A DNA stretch of 64,000 nucleotides from Epithemia pelagica (GCA_946965045.2 OX337228.1:4030001-4094000); one strand, 5' to 3'; counted from the first letter of the stretch, positions 1 to 9,281 are shown. The notes: generated from the letters alone by a model not told the origin. Numbers and translations: made by a program.

Positions 1-894
1 TACATTTGGTTGAACCATTGGTGGTACAGAATGGACGGTTGAAGTAACAGCAGCTGGCTGAGTCATCATGGTCGGTACAGTCTGTGACATTGTCAATCCG
101 TTTGATGGAGGTGGGCCACCCTGAGACATTGTCAACCCGTTTGATGGAGGAGCGCCACCCTGAGACATTGTCAACCCGTTTGATGGAGGTGGTCCACCCT
201 GAGTCATAGTCAATCCGTTTGATGGAGGTGGTCCACCCTGAGTCATGGTCAATCCGTTGGCTGGAGGTGGGCCACCCTGAGTCATGGTCAATCCGTTGGC
301 TGGAGGTGGGCCACCCTGAGTCATGGTCAATCCGTTGGATGGAGGTGGGCCACCAGCTTCTACCTGAAGCTGTTTCCGAACATCCTCCAAGGCTCGCCGC
401 AGTGGCCATTCGAGATTTTTCTTGAGACTTCCAATATTTTCAGTAATATCCTTGAAGCTTGATTCCTCCCAGTTACTCTCATTAAGCCTTTTCTTGGGTT
501 CCAAATTAGGTTTCCAAATGCGGAAGCGGGACCCTTCGACACCGCTTGTCGCTTCTGCTACTGTGTTCGCCAGCTCAATCACATCCGACACCTCCGCTCT
601 AACCTTGCACTGGCCGGATCCGTGCGTTCCACTTAAAGCCGTAATCTTTCTGCGAAAATGGTCTCGTGCAACCTTGCGAAACATTTCGTTGTGACCGCAA
701 GGATCGAAATTGGCACAGCCGCAGAGAAAATGATAATCATTCGGAAAGGTCTTTCGAATCATGGCTCCCATGATATCGCCCGCCTCCTCCTCGTACTTCG
801 ATTCCTTTGACCGGTCGAATTTCACATCCTTGTCCATAGTGTTGAGTGTAGCTTGTTGATCTGTGTTGATGATATGAATAAGATCTGCTTGCAT
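1..894 (-). CDS. Hypothetical protein with 13-aa tandem repeats (QGGPPPSNGLTM[S/T]); 3' end runs off the window
   Basis: Manually translated minus frame is open from an ATG at 894 to position 1 (MQADLIHIINTDQQ...KQLQVEAGGPPPSNGLTMTQGGPPP...VPPMVQPNV). It is absent from the ORF track because no stop lies in the window. The same frame has an upstream ATG at 1002 followed by a TGA nine codons later, so the true start is uncertain. Confidence 0.55.
   Translation of the reverse strand, partial: MQADLIHIINTDQQATLNTMDKDVKFDRSKESKYEEEAGDIMGAMIRKTFPNDYHFLCGCANFDPCGHNEMFRKVARDHFRRKITALSGTHGSGQCKVRAEVSDVIELANTVAEATSGVEGSRFRIWKPNLEPKKRLNESNWEESSFKDITENIGSLKKNLEWPLRRALEDVRKQLQVEAGGPPPSNGLTMTQGGPPPANGLTMTQGGPPPANGLTMTQGGPPPSNGLTMTQGGPPPSNGLTMSQGGAPPSNGLTMSQGGPPPSNGLTMSQTVPTMMTQPAAVTSTVHSVPPMVQPNV
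86..354. repeat. 39-bp coding minisatellite, about 7 copies
   Basis: Units start at 86, 125, 164, 203, 242, 281 and 320 (consensus G[A/T]CAT[T/G]GTCAATCCGTT[T/G]G[A/C]TGGAGGTGGGCCACCCTGA). Confidence 0.95.
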
Positions 895-1434
895 CTCGTT
901 GCGAGCTGTTGCAACTTGCCTGTCGTTCTTGATGAGCTGCAGCGTTTCTCGCTGCTCTTCTCGTGTGTGTGGTCAATGGTCAGGTGTTTGCTGCAAATTC
1001 ATCTACAACAGATTCCGTGCTCCGTGCTGCAACGACGGGTTGACGTTTGACGTTCACGAGCACCAGACTTGCGGCAGGTTGCAACTTTCGGGACTCGAGA
1101 AATACACGACCGGTTGCGCTACCTTTGCTAGGTACTCTACTCTCTACTTCTCAGTCTATGGAGAGTAAAGCTAGAGCGGAGTAGCTAACTCTAGCTAGTG
1201 AGAAAGAGACAAGCTCAGCAAATCTCTCTACGAAATTCATTGCAATGTCATTGCACCAATTCCAGTAGTTCTTGAAATAACATACTCCTACTCTAACCAT
1301 ATCATATGCTCAGAGGAGAGAGAGATATGGCTGGACATTGAGGGAAACTGGTGACATTTGGAAAGGAGTTGACGAGGCGGCGAGTTGTTCCAAACAAGGA
1401 GTTCGGATCTTCCACTTTTACTATGAAAACTCCT

Positions 1435-1613
1435 CGATCAAGATAGCTGTTCCAACTTCCAACATGTTCATCCATTGGTTATTGGTTTGACTTTGACCGA
1501 ATCCACTATAGTTCAGATCTTCCGCTTTTACCTGTACGAAGACTTGCCGTCTTGGCACGATCAATATTGCTGTTCCAACATGTTCATCCATTGGTTTGCC
1601 TTTGAATCCACTA
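1435..1613. repeat. Degenerate direct repeat pair (about 60-75 bp) in intergenic DNA
   Basis: CGATCAA.AT.GCTGTTCCAAC(TTCCAAC)ATGTTCATCCATTGGTT...GAATCCACTA occurs at 1435-1508 and 1558-1613; the first copy has a 7-bp microduplication. Confidence 0.7.
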
Positions 1614-2083
1614 CGTGAATGAGCTACCTCTAGGACCAAGGACATCACTCCATTCTCCATCCTCGATCCTCGCAGTCGTGTGAGAAGTGAGAAGGGCGAA
1701 TATCCGTGGGTAGTGCTGCGCGCCAAGCGCCGAACCAAAACCACCAAACGCATGACATTGACATGCTGTCGAGTGACGGTCGCAAGACCGTCGTTCTATC
1801 TCATTGCGAACGAGCTTCTTTCCGATCGGCGATCAACTACTTATGTTCCCGATTGTTCGTAGAGACCTCACGACTTATTCCTGTCACTTCCTGTAAATTC
1901 CCTTCTGGCTTGGATTCGATTCTCTCCTACAGGAAATAGACAATATCTTGTTGCCGTCTGTAGTTTTGAACCCTCAGTTGTAATGTAGAAAGTTCTAGGG
2001 AGTGCCACGAATGACGTAGTCGGGATCATTTTTTCATGTCCATTGTCGATTGTCGATGGTCGATCTCCACACAAAAAAGAGAG

Positions 2084-2088
2084 AGGAC
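2084..2088. other. Left 5-bp target-site duplication (AGGAC) of the Copia element
   Basis: AGGAC immediately precedes the 5' LTR, and an identical AGGAC (17015-17019) immediately follows the 3' LTR. Confidence 0.95.
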
Positions 2089-2357
2089 TGTTGAAACGAA
2101 GACAATGGGCAAAGAGGGATTCCTTCATTCCCGAGTGTCGCAGCCAGATGGCCACATCTCCGTCACTAGTGACGTCGCACATGGCCAGGCCTATGAGTCA
2201 TATGCTCAGGCCCTGATGTACGGAAAGGCAAATGACCCTTCCCTTTCCAGGGCCTCTCCTCGTGCTCATTCTTCGTAGCTAATCGATAAGGAAGTTGTTT
2301 TTCAAACAAGCACTTTTTGCGTTGCATCATTTGCACGCAACCTCTGTTGCTTTAACA
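2089..2357 (+). repeat. 5' LTR (269 bp)
   Basis: Matches 16746-17014 except A2312 vs G16969; termini TGTTGAAA...TTTAACA. Confidence 0.97.
2266..2282 (+). promoter_or_regulatory. Initiator-like TCATTCT (putative TSS near A2268) overlapping a putative self-primer (2269-2282)
   Basis: TCATTCT fits the YCATTYY initiator consensus. TTCTTCGTAGCTAA (2269-2282) is the exact reverse complement of 2358-2371. The TSS position is inferred. Confidence 0.6.
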
Positions 2358-2371
2358 TTAGCTACGAAGAA
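2358..2371 (+). promoter_or_regulatory. Non-tRNA primer-binding site (TTAGCTACGAAGAA)
   Basis: Directly abuts the LTR end, lacks the TGG start of a tRNA 3'-end PBS, and is perfectly complementary to LTR 2269-2282. Confidence 0.75.
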
Positions 2372-2372
2372 A

Positions 2373-5300
2373 ATGCCCGAGGAGTCCGGTGGTTCACCGA
2401 CTCCTCCCCTCCCTGATCGGGCGGCCTCAACTCAAGGTGAGAACGGCGCGAGTAACAACGAGCGTCGCGGTAGACGGAATCGCCGACGACAACAAGGAGG
2501 TCCCACAACCACTCGTTTCCAAGGTGCCTGTGAGGACTTGAAGGAACATGTTTTTGATTCAAGCTCCTCCAAACCAAGTGCAGAGTTATTCACCAAGAAC
2601 GTGAAGGCTATCGCTGAGTTTGTTGCTCGCGAATACTCTGGAGCTGGAGAGTTCCTCCCAGGGCTTGTTGACCTTGCGTTGCCTACTTTGGACCCCCCAG
2701 CAGATCCTGATGTCAATAACCCACTTGAGTTGGAAATGTGGAAGCTTGATCTGAAGGATCACCGGAAGAAGGTTGATGACAGAGAACGCAACATGGAGAA
2801 GGTTTACGCGCTCATCCTAGGGCAGTGTTCCCCAACAATCCGAGATCGAATCGAAGCCGCTGCGACATGGACAACCATTAACTCCACTTCAGATGCCATT
2901 GGTTTGCTAGAACTAATACGGCAATCCCTTTATCAGAGAGCAACCAGGCGCAAAGCGTCGCACGCACTAGTGGAAGCTGAGACCGCCCTCATGAAGTTCC
3001 GTCAGACAGAGAAGATGACCAATTCTGATTATCTTGAGAAGGTCCGTGAACTTGCTGATATGTTTGAATACTTAGGAGGCGAACTTGGACCATCACAGGC
3101 CCGGGTTGATGCCCTGTTGGCTGACCCTGACACAGCCACAGATGAAGAGAAAGAGGCAGCAAAAGCCACAGCACGAGAAGAATATTTGGCAGTTATCCTC
3201 CTCACCAAGAGTGATCCCAAACGTTACGCTGCGTTGGTCAATGACATTGAAAATGGGCATAGCAGGGGACGAGATGATTACCCAACTACATTAGCCGGGG
3301 CTTATGACATGCTGGTTAACTACAAGAGCCCACATCAAGCCGTACGGCTACAACATCAAGAGACTGGCATTGCTTTTGTGCAAGAAGACAATGAGGATGA
3401 CACGACACGCAACCGCACATCAAATCCTGGTGGGCGCGGAGGCGGTCGTGGTGGTGGTCGAACTGGCCGTGGTGGACGAGGACGCGGACAACGAGACCAA
3501 ACACACCACAGCCAAGCAGAAGATAACCTAGATTTGAACTCTGATTCTTATTTTGAAGGTCCCCAAGATGGCCACCTGTACGTGGGTTCATCGTATAGTA
3601 TGCCAGAAAAATGTATCCTGTTAGACAGTTGCTCCAGTGGCAATCTCATTGCTGACAGGTCCTTGTTGCATGACATCCACACCGTCGATTGGCCTCTGAC
3701 TGTTCACTGCAATGCTGGTAAAGTGCAACTCAATCAAATGGGTTATTTTGGCAGCTATCCTGAACCAGTATGGTTCAATCCCAACGGAATAGCGAACATT
3801 TTGTCCCTCCACAATGTGGCCAAATACCATCAGTTGACCATGGACACTGGGCAGGCAGATACCATTCGACTGCATCTCACTGATGGCACCACCATGGATT
3901 TTACACCGACAGCAAAAGGAATGTACCATTACCCCCTTGACACTGCAACCGAAAAAGACATGTGGGTTCTTGTCACAACAGTGGCTGCCCAGGCAGACAA
4001 GTATACGCATAGGGCTGTAATGCGAGCAAAAGCTGCGCGGAAGTTTCAAAACATTATCATGCGTCCTGGTGTCCGACAACTAATGGATGTAGCGATAAGA
4101 CATATCAAGGGTTGCCCAATCACACGTGGCGACATACAAGCGGCAGAGGATATCTATGGGCCGAACCTAGGTGCTCTCAAGGGGAAGACTGTGGCGAGAC
4201 CCAACCCACATGTGAAGACAGGTATTGATCCAGTTCCTCCTGAGATCATCCATCTCCACAACTCAGTTACTCTTGCTATTGACATCATGTTTGTGAATCG
4301 AGTGCCATTCTTCATCACTATTTCCCGGAACCTGAAATTTGGAACCGTCGAGGCACTGTCAAACCGTAAAGCCGTGACCATCACAGAAAAATTGAAGTCT
4401 GTGGTCAAGCTCTATCAACATCGTGGGTTCCAGGTAACCACCATCCTTGCTGATCCCGAATTTGAACCCATCAGAGCATCTTTCCCATCCCTCAACTGTT
4501 GCGGCGCAGATGAGCACGTCCCTGAGATAGAACGATATATCAGGACCGTCAAAGACAGAACCCGCAGTACATACCGCATGTTGCCTTTTCGCCGGATTCC
4601 CCGGCTCATGCTCATCCACATGGTAAAAAATGCCGTGTTCTGGCTAAATGCCTTGCCGGCTCAAGATGGTGTGTCCTCCGACCATTCACCAAGGTATTTG
4701 ATGACAGGGTACGAGCTCGATTACAACCTCCATGTCCGCCTTGAATTTGGACAGTATGTCCAGACGCATGAGGAACACAGCAATGCCATGTCTGAGCAAA
4801 CCATGGGGGCCATCTGCTTGGGACCCAATGGTAACCAACAAGGAGGACATTGGTTTTTGAGCCTGGCGACTGGTCAGCGCATCACGCGGCATCGTTGGAC
4901 TGAGTTGCCCATGCCGCAGGAGGTGATACAACGAGTGAACCAGTTGGGAAGGGAACAAAAGATGCCCCGCACATTGACATTTGCTGACCGGCATGGTCGC
5001 GAATTAGAGGATCGCCTGGTGGACCTTGAAGAAGATGATGATGGCAGTGATGCTGATTATGATCCTGCGGACGATGACAGTGACGCAGATGATGATGATG
5101 ATGACCTCAGCTATTTCAGTGACGCTGATGATGATGATGATGGTAACATGCCGCCGTTGGTACCTAATCAAGAGTACATGCCTGCAAATGAGTTTGACAA
5201 TGACGTCCCTCAGGTTGGTGCCGACAATGATTCACTAGGATCATACGATGTTTCCGAATCCTCAGTATCCGAAGGTGATGGGTCTGAAGGTATGAATGAT

Positions 5301-7502
5301 GATGAATCCCTGCACGACAGCAACCCAGGTGGAAACACAGGAGTGGACCCTGTGGAAAACACAGGAGTGGACCCTGAGGAAAACACAGGAGTGAGCGAGA
5401 TTCCCGTTCCACGTGAGCCTGATCATACAGAGGAGCCTGTCAAAATGACCGAGGAAGAACAGTTCGAGGAGGCGGAGTCCATCGGCAGAGCAAACGCAGC
5501 GGACGAACAAGCCACACGCCCCCATCGAACCAATAGAGGTCCCCGTCTTGATCCGGACTTCCGATACCTTAACATTCTTTCTGACATGGACCCAGAAGCC
5601 ATATTTAGTTTCCTCATGGGTGATGATGCTGATGACATGCTCACATTTTTAACGGAACAGAAGACTGTCAAGAAAGGATTGAAGCTATTTGGTGCTGCTG
5701 GTGCGGACGCGCTCAAGAGGGAACTCGAACAGCTTATATACCGTAAAGTAATGAAAGGCCGACACCCAAAAGATCTGACCACGGCTCAAAAAAAAGCAGC
5801 CTTGCGATACCTGATGTTTCTGAAGCAAAAAAGATGCGGTAAGATCAAGGGTCGCGGTTGCGCCGATGGTCGGAAACAGCGACTTTACAAGACAAAAGAT
5901 GAAACAAGTTCTCCGACCATCAGTACTGAGGCATTATTTCTTACCTGCATGATTGATGCACTGGAACGCCGTTGTGTTGTTACCTGTGACATCCCTGGTG
6001 CTTTTATGCACGCAGACATTGATGAGTTGATTCACTTGAAACTGGAGGGTGAAATTGCGGAGCTACTCCTGAAGGTGGACCCATCATATGGCGCGTTTGT
6101 GTCAACCGAAAATGGCAAGACTGTTATTTATGCCGAATTGAGTAAGGCCCTTTACGGGACGTTGCAGGCAGCATTATTGTTTTGGCAGAATTTAACCAAA
6201 TTTCTTACCGAACAACTGGGGTTTGAGGTGAATCCATACGATTGGTGTGTCTGTAATAAGATGATCGATGGTAAACAGTGTACCATTGGATGGTATATAG
6301 ATGATTTAAAAATCTCTCATGCCCATGAAGAGGTGGTCGAGTCCATTTTGACTGCACTGCAAGAACAGTATGGGAAGGAGGCCCCATTGGTGGTTCATCG
6401 GGGTCACAAACAGGATTATTTGGGTATGGACATTGATTTTAGTGTGCCGGGCCGTGTAACGTTCAACATGACAAAATATCTGGAACGGTTGCTTGATGAG
6501 ACTCCTGACACGCTCATGACCGGCAGTAGCACTTCTCCAGCCGCAAACCATTTGTTTAACGTCAACCCAGCCAGTCCAAAATTAGACACAGCGGAAGCAA
6601 TCCTGTTCCACCATTTGGTGGCCAAACTGTTGTATCTGGCAAAGCGAAGCCGACCAGATGTCCTCTTGGCTGTGTCGTTCTTATGTACCAGAGTCCAGGA
6701 ACCTGACGAGGATGATATGAAGAAATTGGGGCGGTGTTTGCGATACCTGCGCGATACAAAACATCTGTCCCTCACTCTAGAAGCAGATGCGCCGTTGGTG
6801 ATTCGTTGGTGGGTGGATGCTTCTTTTGCTGTACATCCCAACTGTCGCAGCCATACAGGGGCGGCGATGTCTCTGGGCAAGGGTGTTGCATATTCCATGT
6901 CATCCGAACAGAAAATCAATACGCGAAGTTCAACAGAGGCCGAACTGGTCGGCGTGAATGATGCCATGGGTATGATCCTGTGGCTCCGTCATTTTTTGGA
7001 AGCACAAGGATACACTGTGCAAGACAATCTTTTGTTCCAGGACAACGAAAGCAGTATACGTCTTGAAAAGAATGGCCGTCAATCGAGTGGCAAACAAACG
7101 AAACATATTGAGGTTCGCTATTTTTTCATTACCGACAATATCAAACGCAACAAAGTGAAAGTTACTCACTGTCCCACTGGTGACATGCTGGGTGATTTTT
7201 TTACCAAACCTCTCCAGGGATCACAATTCCGCCGGTTTCGAAATGAGATTTTGAATGTAACTGGCTCGGCCGAGTTTTCAGCTCCCTCGGGCGAAGAGAC
7301 ACTACGACAAACATCCTTGGCACGTGCCGTTTCGGTCTGTCCGAGAGATCGCAGTCGGTTCTGTCACCAAAAACTTGGTCCGTTGAGATTTGTAAACAAG
7401 ATTCTAAATCTAAACGATAGACACATAGTTTTGCCGAAGGCCTCTGAAACCAAAAAATGGCTCCAGGGCGGGGAAGGGGAAATTTTAAGATTAGCTAACT
7501 AG
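2373..7502 (+). CDS. Copia gag-pol polyprotein (gag, protease, integrase, RT, RNase H); last 69 aa come from the inserted YR element
   Basis: Single uninterrupted ORF, ATG at 2373. Protease ILLDSCSS; integrase DDE in LAIDIMFVN / ILADPEF / EHVPEIERYIRTVKDR; RT DIPGAFMHAD, LYGTLQAA, YIDDLKISH; RNase H VDASFAVH, SSTEAELVG, QDNESS, KHIEVRYFF, DFFTKPLQG. Confidence 0.95.
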   Translation: MPEESGGSPTPPLPDRAASTQGENGASNNERRGRRNRRRQQGGPTTTRFQGACEDLKEHVFDSSSSKPSAELFTKNVKAIAEFVAREYSGAGEFLPGLVDLALPTLDPPADPDVNNPLELEMWKLDLKDHRKKVDDRERNMEKVYALILGQCSPTIRDRIEAAATWTTINSTSDAIGLLELIRQSLYQRATRRKASHALVEAETALMKFRQTEKMTNSDYLEKVRELADMFEYLGGELGPSQARVDALLADPDTATDEEKEAAKATAREEYLAVILLTKSDPKRYAALVNDIENGHSRGRDDYPTTLAGAYDMLVNYKSPHQAVRLQHQETGIAFVQEDNEDDTTRNRTSNPGGRGGGRGGGRTGRGGRGRGQRDQTHHSQAEDNLDLNSDSYFEGPQDGHLYVGSSYSMPEKCILLDSCSSGNLIADRSLLHDIHTVDWPLTVHCNAGKVQLNQMGYFGSYPEPVWFNPNGIANILSLHNVAKYHQLTMDTGQADTIRLHLTDGTTMDFTPTAKGMYHYPLDTATEKDMWVLVTTVAAQADKYTHRAVMRAKAARKFQNIIMRPGVRQLMDVAIRHIKGCPITRGDIQAAEDIYGPNLGALKGKTVARPNPHVKTGIDPVPPEIIHLHNSVTLAIDIMFVNRVPFFITISRNLKFGTVEALSNRKAVTITEKLKSVVKLYQHRGFQVTTILADPEFEPIRASFPSLNCCGADEHVPEIERYIRTVKDRTRSTYRMLPFRRIPRLMLIHMVKNAVFWLNALPAQDGVSSDHSPRYLMTGYELDYNLHVRLEFGQYVQTHEEHSNAMSEQTMGAICLGPNGNQQGGHWFLSLATGQRITRHRWTELPMPQEVIQRVNQLGREQKMPRTLTFADRHGRELEDRLVDLEEDDDGSDADYDPADDDSDADDDDDDLSYFSDADDDDDGNMPPLVPNQEYMPANEFDNDVPQVGADNDSLGSYDVSESSVSEGDGSEGMNDDESLHDSNPGGNTGVDPVENTGVDPEENTGVSEIPVPREPDHTEEPVKMTEEEQFEEAESIGRANAADEQATRPHRTNRGPRLDPDFRYLNILSDMDPEAIFSFLMGDDADDMLTFLTEQKTVKKGLKLFGAAGADALKRELEQLIYRKVMKGRHPKDLTTAQKKAALRYLMFLKQKRCGKIKGRGCADGRKQRLYKTKDETSSPTISTEALFLTCMIDALERRCVVTCDIPGAFMHADIDELIHLKLEGEIAELLLKVDPSYGAFVSTENGKTVIYAELSKALYGTLQAALLFWQNLTKFLTEQLGFEVNPYDWCVCNKMIDGKQCTIGWYIDDLKISHAHEEVVESILTALQEQYGKEAPLVVHRGHKQDYLGMDIDFSVPGRVTFNMTKYLERLLDETPDTLMTGSSTSPAANHLFNVNPASPKLDTAEAILFHHLVAKLLYLAKRSRPDVLLAVSFLCTRVQEPDEDDMKKLGRCLRYLRDTKHLSLTLEADAPLVIRWWVDASFAVHPNCRSHTGAAMSLGKGVAYSMSSEQKINTRSSTEAELVGVNDAMGMILWLRHFLEAQGYTVQDNLLFQDNESSIRLEKNGRQSSGKQTKHIEVRYFFITDNIKRNKVKVTHCPTGDMLGDFFTKPLQGSQFRRFRNEILNVTGSAEFSAPSGEETLRQTSLARAVSVCPRDRSRFCHQKLGPLRFVNKILNLNDRHIVLPKASETKKWLQGGEGEILRLAN
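5331..5393 (+). repeat. 24-bp tandem repeat (ENTGVDP[V/E]) in the IN-RT spacer
   Basis: ACAGGAGTG at 5337, 5361 and 5385 (period 24). Confidence 0.9.
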
Positions 7503-9237
7503 AATCGTTGCGATCTCAAGCTCGTCTTGTAGTCGTTGCAAAGATGCTGAACCCAAGAAGAGTGAGCTCTTCTCACGCTCCAACGACTCTGCATCAGGGT
7601 CATCCTAAAACTTCCGATTGTGGGAATCAAATCGGATGCTCGCCTCGCGTCAAGGAGGCGGAGCAGTCGCACCCCTGTTGTCGGTCGCGGAGTCTGGCCA
7701 GCATCGGCCACGTCACTCCACCCAGTGCAGACACCGAAGAGACACTACGACAAACATCCTTGGCACGTGCCGTTTCGGTCTGTCCGAGAGATCGCAGTCG
7801 GTTCTGTCACCGAAAACTTGGTCCGTTGAGATTTGTAAACAAGATTCTAAATCTAAACGATAGACACATAGTTTTGCCGAAGGCCTCTGAAACCAAAAAA
7901 TGGCTCCAGGGCGGGGAAGGGGAAATTTTAAGATTAGCTAACTTTAATCGTTGCGATCTCGAACTCGTCTCGTAGTCGTTGCAAAGATGCTGAACCCAAG
8001 AAGAGTGAGCTCTTCTCACGCTCCAACGACTCTGCATCAGGGTCATCCTAAAACTTCCGATTGTGGGAATCAAATCGGATGCTCGCCTCGCGTCAAGGAG
8101 GCGGAGCAGTCGCACCCCTGTTGTCGGTCGCGGAGTCTGGCCAGCATCGGCCACGTCACTCCACCCAGTGCAGACACCGAAGAGACACTACGACAAACAT
8201 CCTTGGCACGTGCCGTTTCGGTCTGTCCGAGAGATCGCAGTCGGTTCTGTCACCGAAAACTTGGTCCGTTGAGATTTGTAAACAAGATTCTAAATCTAAA
8301 CGATAGACACATAGTTTTGCCGAAGGCCTCTGAAACCAAAAAATGGCTCCAGGGCGGGGAAGGGGAAATTTTAAGATTAGCTAACTAGAATCGTTGCGAT
8401 CTCGAACTCGTCTCGTAGTCGTTGCAAAGATGCTGAACCCAAGAAGAGTGAGCTCTTCTCACGCTCCAACGACTCTGCATCAGGGTCATCCTAAAACTTC
8501 CGATTGTGGGAATCAAATCGGATGCTCGCCTCGCGTCGAGGAGGCGGAGCAGTCGCACCCCTGTTGTCGGTCGCGGAGTCTGGCCAGCATCGGCCACGTC
8601 ACTCCACCCAGTACAGACACCGAAGAGACACTACGACAAACATCCTTGGCACGTGCCGTTTCGGTCTGTCCGAGAGATCGCAGTCGGTTCTGTCACCGAA
8701 AACTTGGTCCGTTGAGATTTGTAAACATGATTCTAAATCTAAACGATAGACACATAGTTTTGCCGAAGGCCTCTGAAACCAAAAAATGGCTCCAGGGCGG
8801 GGAAGGGGAAATTTTAAGATTAGCTAACTAGAATCGTTGCGATCTCGAACTCGTCTCGTAGTCGTTGCAAAGATGCTGAACCCAAGAAGAGTGAGCTCTT
8901 CTCACGCTCCAACGACTCTGCATCAGGGTCATCCTAAAACTTCCGATTGTGGGAATCAAATCGGATGCTCGCCTCGCGTCAAGGAGGCGGAGCAGTCGCA
9001 CCCCTGTTGTCGGTCGCGGAGTCTGGCCAGCATCGGCCACGTCACTCCACCCAGTACAGACACCGAAGAGACACTACGACAAACATCCTTGGCACGTGCC
9101 GTTTCGGTCTGTCCGAGAGATCGCAGTCGGTTCTGTCACCGAAAACTTGGTCCGTTGAGATTTGTAAACAAGATTCTAAATCTAAACGATAGACACATAG
9201 TTTTGCCGAAGGCCTCTGAAACCAAAAAATGGCTCCA
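7293..9237 (-). repeat. Expanded split-direct-repeat array: four 443-bp units (B 173 + linker 21 + A 249) plus a final B
   Basis: Units at 7293-7735, 7736-8178, 8179-8621 and 8622-9064; B1 at 9065-9237. The A part matches 16480-16728. Every unit is distinguishable by SNPs. Confidence 0.95.
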
Positions 9238-9281
9238 CTACCATCAAACCCGATATTACAATCCAACGATGTCCAGCTGGG

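Noticed and set aside
1421-1753. 110-aa minus-strand ORF
   Set aside because: No recognisable domain, and its repeated segment changes frame through a 7-bp duplication; likely non-coding or a remnant.
2295-2372. ORF-track start of the Copia polyprotein at 2295
   Set aside because: It is a TTG inside the LTR; the first ATG after the PBS (2373) is the plausible start.
7293-9237. CRISPR-like or integron-like array
   Set aside because: Units are near-identical over their full 443 bp with no unique spacers or cassettes, and they match the element's own A1 terminus.
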